Virus record (IMG/VR): IMGVR_UViG_3300028597_000007
Direction: 5' to 3' (one strand)
DNA from: a virus
DNA length: 64,000 nucleotides
Shown here: one piece after another, positions 57,877 through 64,000 of the stretch
Numbering within the stretch: position 1 is the first letter of the stretch
Layout: every line of letters begins with the position of its first letter
The notes under the pieces: generated by a model
Database searches by the model: none
The model's input: the letters and a program-made list of their open reading frames with translations, nothing else
Told to the model about the DNA's origin: nothing
Position numbers and translations under genes: made by a program

Positions 57877-59025
57877 ATGACTATTACAGTCACCATCCCG
57901 GACAAGATCATCCACGAAGTTCCGATTGCAGAGTTGGAGTGGTGCTCGGGCCAAGACATTCAGTTCGATCACATGCCCGCAATGGAAACAACGGTGACAT
58001 GCGAGAACTACACCCATCGTGACATTTGGGTGGCTGAGCGTACTGGCGCAATTAGCAAAATCTCTCCCAAGTCTAGTTATAACCAAAACAAGTTCTGCAT
58101 CAAGATACAACGTCGAAGGGCTTCGTCTACTCATACCGAGTTTGACATCTTTGACGTCGTGGAAGATAAGTCCGGTAAAATCAAAACAGGCAGCGGCGCA
58201 GCTGCCGTAGATCGCTCGTACTCCATCGCCAATAGTCGGGGCGGTGGGATGCACGTATGCCATGAGGTGATCTTCACGATTCCTCTAGCAGGCTTGCAGG
58301 GCCATGGTGGATCGCTGTACCACCATGAGACTGATATGGTTCTGGCTGTCAATAAAGAGCAGGCTATACATCCTGGCTCCCCGCAGTCCAGATTGAAGTC
58401 CAAGTACCGTGAGATGGAAGCTGACCTTCAAGTCTACACGGAAGATTCACACGACATAAAGGAGATAAAGAAGGCGCTAGGGCTGCGCCGAGGTTCTGAC
58501 ATGGCGCGAGTCATGATCGGTATCGTTGATAATGAAAGGAGGTATGGCGACAAGTTTGTCAACCTACTGGGAACGCCTCACTTGGTGAGAGCTGTGAAGA
58601 GCGCGACGCTCATCGATGGCGTGTATGTGGTGAGGGATGAACTGATCAACAATTCGGGTCGTTCTTCAAAGCCAACTGTCACGCACTATTCATTCGAGGA
58701 CGTCGAGACTTCTGGGATTAGGTTATTCAACTCCAGCAGCGATGCCCTTACCTATGGCGAGCCTGAGAAAGCAGCGGAACGAGAAGCTGAAAAACTCAAG
58801 TCTGATAACTTGCGACTGAAGGCTGAGCTGGACAAGCAACAGACTCAAAGCAAGTTGGCCATTACCCAAGTCTCTGATCAAGTTGATCGGGGGGCCATAG
58901 TCCGCAAAGATTACTACGAAGAACGATCCCAAAGGCGGAAAGATTCTTCGGAGGACATGAAGTACGTTTATGCGGGCTTAGCAGGGTTCTTAGGTTTAGT
59001 GGCTCTATTCCTTAAAGCGAAGTAA
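57877..59025 (+). CDS. Conserved protein with C-terminal coiled coil and hydrophobic tail (phiKZ gp122 position)
   Basis: GGAG RBS; ends VYAGLAGFLGLVALFLKAK. Confidence 0.72.
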   Translation: MTITVTIPDKIIHEVPIAELEWCSGQDIQFDHMPAMETTVTCENYTHRDIWVAERTGAISKISPKSSYNQNKFCIKIQRRRASSTHTEFDIFDVVEDKSGKIKTGSGAAAVDRSYSIANSRGGGMHVCHEVIFTIPLAGLQGHGGSLYHHETDMVLAVNKEQAIHPGSPQSRLKSKYREMEADLQVYTEDSHDIKEIKKALGLRRGSDMARVMIGIVDNERRYGDKFVNLLGTPHLVRAVKSATLIDGVYVVRDELINNSGRSSKPTVTHYSFEDVETSGIRLFNSSSDALTYGEPEKAAEREAEKLKSDNLRLKAELDKQQTQSKLAITQVSDQVDRGAIVRKDYYEERSQRRKDSSEDMKYVYAGLAGFLGLVALFLKAK

Positions 59026-59043
59026 CAACGGGGAGTTGTCTGG

Positions 59044-60663
59044 ATGAACGCACAAATGCTGGCAATTATGGCTGCGGGTACACCGCCCATCAACCCAGAC
59101 ATTGCTAACGGCATTGCAACCATTCAGGTCAAGACGGCGGAATCGTACATTGACCGGGATTTGCGTGCCTGTTCGGAGCAGTTGCCGGAAGGTATCCGCT
59201 ACGAAAACTATCGCCGCTGCACTCCGATGGAGGAGTACAAAATCCTTCATCAGAAGAAGGAGAAGAACTACGTTGAGCTTTCCCGCTCGGACATGTATCT
59301 GATCGAGGCGAACTTCTCGCTTCACGGACGTCCACTGGAAAGCCGCCCCATGTACATGCCATTCGTGGGGGACGCTGGTATCATGCACATCCGGGGAACG
59401 CCGTATTCGGTGAACCCCGTCATCGGTGACGTAGCAGTGAGCGTCACCCGTGGTGGTCTGTTCGCATGGCTGGGCCTGACCAAGGTTCAGTTCTATCGCA
59501 TGAACTACCACTTCGAAACCGATGGCAAAATCCAGGGTGCGTCTGTGGCGCACTCTAACCTGTACCACCGCAGCACCAAGTCGAAGGCAGCGAAGGTTGG
59601 CAAGAACAGCCTGCGCTCCACGCTGGTGCACTACATGCTTTGCCGGATGGGTCTGACCGAGATGCTCACCAAGCACTTCAAGTGCTCGGAGGTTCTGATC
59701 GGCGACAAAGACGTGATCAACTATGATCGCGTAGATCCTGAACAGTGGCTCATCTGCACAACAGGTGGTCACGGCGGTCACTTGAAGGTGCCTATGGATT
59801 ATGTCCCTAGTCGCCTCGCCATCGCGATCCCTCGCGCTGAAGTGACTGCAGATCAGATCGATGCCATCTGCGGTGTGTTCTATGTGGTGGACACGTATCC
59901 AGAAGCGGCCACTGAGCAGTACGTGGAAAATCCACACATGTGGCAGCGCCTGATGGGTCGCATCATCTTCGGTGATTCCATGAACGAAGGTGAGCGGATG
60001 ATCCTGCTGCGCGAGCACTTGATCTCCATCGATGGTTACGTGAACTATCAGTCGCGCAGAACGCTGCACCAAGGCGGGATCATGGTTGAAAACATCCATG
60101 ACTTCTTCGCTTGGGTTGTACGCGAGTTGCCAGTGTTGATCGCAAGTGCACCTACGGAAGTAGCGTCGCTCTACGGCAAACGACTGATGACTGTGCGTTA
60201 TCTGCTTAAGGACATTAGCCGGTCCATCTACCTGCTCATGTTCAGGCTGCGTGCGCAGTACAACAAGCGGGGTCGTCTCTCGGAGAAAGAGATTCGCGAT
60301 GCAATGCGTAAAGGCCTACTGCGTGACCGCATCACTGTGGTAAACGTTGGCCACGCTGAGGTATCGACCGTTTCCTCTCCAGGCGACAACAAGATCTTCA
60401 AGATCACCTCGACAGCGGTACTGCAAGAGAACACCGATAGTCCAAAAGGCAAGGGCGGCGGCGGTAGCTTGAATGACCCATCCAAGTTCATTCACACCTC
60501 CGTTATCGAGTTCTGCAGCTACTGTGCAATGGGTAAGAACGAACCTACTGGTCGTGGTAAGTTGGGCACGCATGCCATTACCAACGAACGTGGTGACCTC
60601 ATTCGTAACCCTAAGTACATCAACCTCATGGAACATACGCAACATCTCCTGACGCGCATGTAA
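59044..60663 (+). CDS. nvRNAP beta N-terminal subunit (phiKZ gp123-like)
   Basis: YMPFVGDAGIMHIRGTPYSVNPVI aligns with the RpoB LPLMT..GTFVINGTERVIVSQ region; synteny. Confidence 0.82.
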   Translation: MNAQMLAIMAAGTPPINPDIANGIATIQVKTAESYIDRDLRACSEQLPEGIRYENYRRCTPMEEYKILHQKKEKNYVELSRSDMYLIEANFSLHGRPLESRPMYMPFVGDAGIMHIRGTPYSVNPVIGDVAVSVTRGGLFAWLGLTKVQFYRMNYHFETDGKIQGASVAHSNLYHRSTKSKAAKVGKNSLRSTLVHYMLCRMGLTEMLTKHFKCSEVLIGDKDVINYDRVDPEQWLICTTGGHGGHLKVPMDYVPSRLAIAIPRAEVTADQIDAICGVFYVVDTYPEAATEQYVENPHMWQRLMGRIIFGDSMNEGERMILLREHLISIDGYVNYQSRRTLHQGGIMVENIHDFFAWVVRELPVLIASAPTEVASLYGKRLMTVRYLLKDISRSIYLLMFRLRAQYNKRGRLSEKEIRDAMRKGLLRDRITVVNVGHAEVSTVSSPGDNKIFKITSTAVLQENTDSPKGKGGGGSLNDPSKFIHTSVIEFCSYCAMGKNEPTGRGKLGTHAITNERGDLIRNPKYINLMEHTQHLLTRM

Positions 60664-60690
60664 CCAGTATTTAAGTAAAAGGACACAAGC

Positions 60691-63069
60691 ATGTACAGCG
60701 GAAATCTGCCGTTTCCACCCGATCAGATCATCAGCGGCAACTGGTTCGATGACCCGTTCAGTGCGCAGCTCCCGGTACCGGTGATGGCGATCATCCAACA
60801 GAATCCGAACCTGCAGTGGGTTCAGGCTCTGGTGGCAGCCGTACTGGTAGGCGATCTGCAACAGAACTGCCAAAGCGGGCCGGTGAGCGCATTTGCGTAC
60901 AACCTGTTCTCCAACAACCGCTACAACAACGAACCGTGGATGTTGGTAATGGACGGTGGTGTGCAGTTCGCCTTTGGCCAACTGCGCATGAACCAGCAAG
61001 GCGATCCTCGCCAAGTTGTCAGTCAAGCAACCGTGTTCTACGCAACCTATGCAACAGCGGCCTGCGTTGAGCGCTTCCCTGAACTGCGCAACTGGATGCA
61101 ACCGCATCAGGTTCAGCGCTGCATGGAAGTGATCCAGCGCTACCGCGCAATGACCGGTGGTGTTGCTGGCGCTGGTGGTGGTCATCAGCCTCAGCAATAC
61201 GCCAGCGGCCATGTGAGCAACATCATGTCGCCTACTGGCGGTGCTGGTGCTCATGCTTTCAACATGCTGCACATGGAGGAGAACTCCAAGTTCGGCAACC
61301 CTAACCGCGGTCGAGCGGTGCCTTTGGGGCGTGAACCTAAAAACGAGCCCGATCAGGCTCTCAAGAATCTGGGAGTGACTGAAGTGAGCGACATCGGCCG
61401 CAACACCCAACAACCAGTGCAGGGCGAGCCGCAGCAAGCACAGCCAGCCTACACGCCTCCGGTCAATCGTCCGCGTGCACGTCCAGTGCCGATCGGTCAA
61501 CCGACCCCAGGCACCATTCAACCAGTGCTCGAAGGCGAGCTGCAACCAGCCGGCCAGGTACACGAGATTCCCACTGGTCAGCCTGCGCCACAAGCCTACG
61601 CCGCGCCTCCGGTTGCACAGCGCGTTGAAATCCCACAGCAGACGCTGGACACTTCGCTCAGCGTGAGCAACGATATCCCTGCACTCGATGTACTGGGTGT
61701 GTCGGATGCCGAGTGGGGCGATGTGCCTGAGCACCACAAAGAAGTACCTGTGGCGCAATTCGGCAATGTGCAACCAACCGAGCAAGCCCGCGACGATTAC
61801 CAGGTCCACGCAAGTGGCCGCTTCATGGTGCGTCCGCAGCATCTCGATGTGGTTCTGCCGCAGACCCGCGAAGAAGCTCAGCTGGAAGAGGTGGAAGATC
61901 TGGAGGTCATCGAGATCGCCAGCCTGCCTACCGAAGGCGACTTCACCGTGCTGGAACTGGAAGATGGCAACGTGGCTGTTCTCACCACTGGCGACGATGT
62001 TGGTCGTACCTGGTCCGAGAGCAATCCGCACAACTATCCTTTCAACCCGATCACCCACCAACGTTACCTCGTACAAGTCTCCGACGATGTTCGCTACGAG
62101 GCGTTCCTGCCGCGAGACCCAGACGTGGATTACGAAGACCTGGAATTCGATGTCGCCAAGCGTACCAAGGCGAAACAGCTGCGCCTGTCCGATCAGCACA
62201 TCCTCGCCGACCTCTCGGTCATCACCGAGATCGTCCCAGCAGGTGCGCCGTACACGATCATCCACGCCAACGAAGAGCTGGCCAAAGCGGCTCAAGACGA
62301 AGACCAAGGCAAGCAACTGGAAGCTGTTGAGAAGTTCCAGGGCAAGCTGACCTTCTTCGACGGCGTGACCGAGAACTCCAACCTGCGTGAAGAGCTGTAT
62401 CGCCTCGACCTGTTCTTCGATCAAGTCAAAGCGCGCAACGCAGTGGCCGTGTCGTACTTCAGCCAAGAGACTCGTTTCGTGGCGTATGGCATGTCCACCA
62501 AGGTCAGCAACCTGATGACCTCGCAGCACGCCGACCGCGTCGCCAAGATGTGGCTGTTCCTCAACGATCTGGCCACGGCCTGTCCGCGTGGTTTCCTGTT
62601 CATCGACAAGCTGATGACCGACGGCGTGAATCGCCTGCTGGGCAAAGCTTGCGGCATCACCGAGTACGACATCAAATCCTTCGCCGAAGAGTACCACGAA
62701 CTCAACGAGATCGTGGAGAAGGAATACGGCGTAGTGGCGACTGAGAAGCTGCAGGCTGCCGCAAACGAACTGGCCTTGGGCCTGTCGATCTCCACCACCG
62801 GTGTAGATCTGGTTGTGAAGCAAACCTTCGCGGTAGTTGGATTGCCCGTAGGTCTGGCAAGCTTCGATTTGGCGCTCACGTCTGGGGAGATGTTTGTGAC
62901 CACTTCGGTTCAAGCTCCAGAGCTGAACGCTTTGTTGGATGAAGCAAAGAAAGACCAGGCACGACCAAAGTACATCAACACCTACCTGAGCGGCCGCGAC
63001 GGCGAGGTGTACGAGGTTGTGGAATCCCTTTGGGACGACGCGTTCAAGATGCTGGTGGCTGCTAAGTAA
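60691..63069 (+). CDS. Large conserved hypothetical protein with central P/Q-rich disordered linker
   Basis: AAGGA RBS; 792 aa. Confidence 0.75.
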   Translation: MYSGNLPFPPDQIISGNWFDDPFSAQLPVPVMAIIQQNPNLQWVQALVAAVLVGDLQQNCQSGPVSAFAYNLFSNNRYNNEPWMLVMDGGVQFAFGQLRMNQQGDPRQVVSQATVFYATYATAACVERFPELRNWMQPHQVQRCMEVIQRYRAMTGGVAGAGGGHQPQQYASGHVSNIMSPTGGAGAHAFNMLHMEENSKFGNPNRGRAVPLGREPKNEPDQALKNLGVTEVSDIGRNTQQPVQGEPQQAQPAYTPPVNRPRARPVPIGQPTPGTIQPVLEGELQPAGQVHEIPTGQPAPQAYAAPPVAQRVEIPQQTLDTSLSVSNDIPALDVLGVSDAEWGDVPEHHKEVPVAQFGNVQPTEQARDDYQVHASGRFMVRPQHLDVVLPQTREEAQLEEVEDLEVIEIASLPTEGDFTVLELEDGNVAVLTTGDDVGRTWSESNPHNYPFNPITHQRYLVQVSDDVRYEAFLPRDPDVDYEDLEFDVAKRTKAKQLRLSDQHILADLSVITEIVPAGAPYTIIHANEELAKAAQDEDQGKQLEAVEKFQGKLTFFDGVTENSNLREELYRLDLFFDQVKARNAVAVSYFSQETRFVAYGMSTKVSNLMTSQHADRVAKMWLFLNDLATACPRGFLFIDKLMTDGVNRLLGKACGITEYDIKSFAEEYHELNEIVEKEYGVVATEKLQAAANELALGLSISTTGVDLVVKQTFAVVGLPVGLASFDLALTSGEMFVTTSVQAPELNALLDEAKKDQARPKYINTYLSGRDGEVYEVVESLWDDAFKMLVAAK

Positions 63070-63137
63070 GCAGTCAAACTAACCCCTCCCTATCAACCAC
63101 TGACAACCCCGGTGACAACCAAGAGCGCCTAATAAGC

Positions 63138-63195
63138 GCATAGAGTCCAGGCCCACCGGGGGCCTGGACTCCACTTATGCCTCTATTTTTTTTTT
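63138..63195. terminator. Bidirectional hairpin with GCATA/TATGC and offset T10
   Basis: gagtccaggccc/gggcctggactc (63143-63171); TATGC 63176-63180; T10 63186-63195. Confidence 0.8.
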
Positions 63196-63198
63196 ACC

Positions 63199-64000
63199 TC
63201 AGATGGCAGTATCGTCGTTGCCAGAGTCATCCGGCTTCTCTTCCTCTTCCTCGGTACTGGTGTCACCACCGTCATCATCACCGAAGTCGAAGTCACCACC
63301 ATCACCGTCGGTGTCATCATCACCCATGTCGAAGTCACCGAAGTCATCATCACCACTGTCGAAGTCGCTATCGCCACCGCCGCCAGTGCTGCTGCCTTCC
63401 ACTGCTTCAGTGCCTTCCACTCGTTCGGTATCCAGACGCTCCTTAAGGGTTGCGAACTGGTTCTCGGTGATGAGCGCCTTGGAGTACAGTTGCAGGCCAA
63501 CGCCCTGGATCATCTTGACCAGACGACCAACGTCCTCGATACCACCTTCGAGCAACTTGGTGCCTGGATCTTCCGGGGTGTCGTTCTTCAGCAGGTCAGT
63601 GACCTCGGGCATGATGTTGTTGTTACGGCAGTAAGCCAGCACGAGCTGAGACTTGACCGACGCTTTAACCACACCCACCCATTCGTTGGCGCTTTCACCA
63701 GTAACTGCACCTTGCATCAGGTCATCTGGGATGACGTGATCCAGTACCTTCTCAACTGCAGAGATGTACTCATCCAGATCAGACATGCGGTTAGCCAGGC
63801 CCGTGTCAGGACGCGGCAGGGAGACCTTGTAGATCTGGAAGAAGGTCTTGATGAAGAACTCCTCACCCAACTTGGCCAGCTTCTCTTTCGGAATATCCTT
63901 GGAGTGCTCGGCCACCGCCTTACGCAGCTTGTCCATGATCCCCTTGTGGTTGATCGCAATCTTGATCAGGGTTTCACGGATAAGGTCGTTGGTGCGGTCT
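63199..64000 (-). CDS. Probable portal protein, C-terminal part (phiKZ gp129 position; runs off window)
   Basis: Frame is open to the window end; acidic C-terminal tail; convergent position after the capsid and nvRNAP block. Assigned by synteny only. Confidence 0.6.
   Translation of the reverse strand, partial: DRTNDLIRETLIKIAINHKGIMDKLRKAVAEHSKDIPKEKLAKLGEEFFIKTFFQIYKVSLPRPDTGLANRMSDLDEYISAVEKVLDHVIPDDLMQGAVTGESANEWVGVVKASVKSQLVLAYCRNNNIMPEVTDLLKNDTPEDPGTKLLEGGIEDVGRLVKMIQGVGLQLYSKALITENQFATLKERLDTERVEGTEAVEGSSTGGGGDSDFDSGDDDFGDFDMGDDDTDGDGGDFDFGDDDGGDTSTEEEEEKPDDSGNDDTAI

Noticed and set aside
63070-63137. TGACAACC direct repeat in a C/A-rich spacer
   Set aside because: Only two 8-bp copies, not found in other intergenic regions I examined; could be chance.
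1-64000. Alternative genetic code, tRNA or rRNA genes, introns or inteins
   Set aside because: Core genes are full-length under the standard code and use all three stops; no cloverleaf, rRNA, homing endonuclease or intein motifs were recognised.

Overview
This 64-kb window is the core region of a GC-rich, nucleus-forming jumbo phage (phiKZ-like / Chimalliviridae). Left to right it encodes: the 3' part of chimallin (nuclear shell); the non-virion RNAP (nvRNAP) subunits (catalytic beta'-N with NADYDGD, a gp68-like subunit, beta-C, beta'-C, and later beta-N); an SbcD-like nuclease; ChmC- and PicA-position proteins; an SF2 helicase; a virion RNAP beta' subunit; the exonuclease/motif-A half of a split B-family DNA polymerase; head and baseplate proteins; a DnaB-like helicase; the major capsid protein; and the 3' part of the probable portal. 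Homolog names come from motifs and from remembered phiKZ/SPN3US gene order, not from database searches. No tRNA, rRNA, CRISPR array, intron or transposon was seen. The best unexplained signals are: (1) intergenic GC hairpins followed by TATGC(CG), two-sided at most convergent junctions, with T-tracts displaced about 13-14 nt from the stem; (2) a probable early-promoter motif CCTAAAnTATCnAnnTGA; (3) structured RNAs after the chimallin and capsid genes; (4) a bacterial SSB-like C-terminal tail on the ChmC-position protein; (5) a candidate -1 frameshift; (6) a 1246-aa head protein that looks like a multi-module polyprotein.
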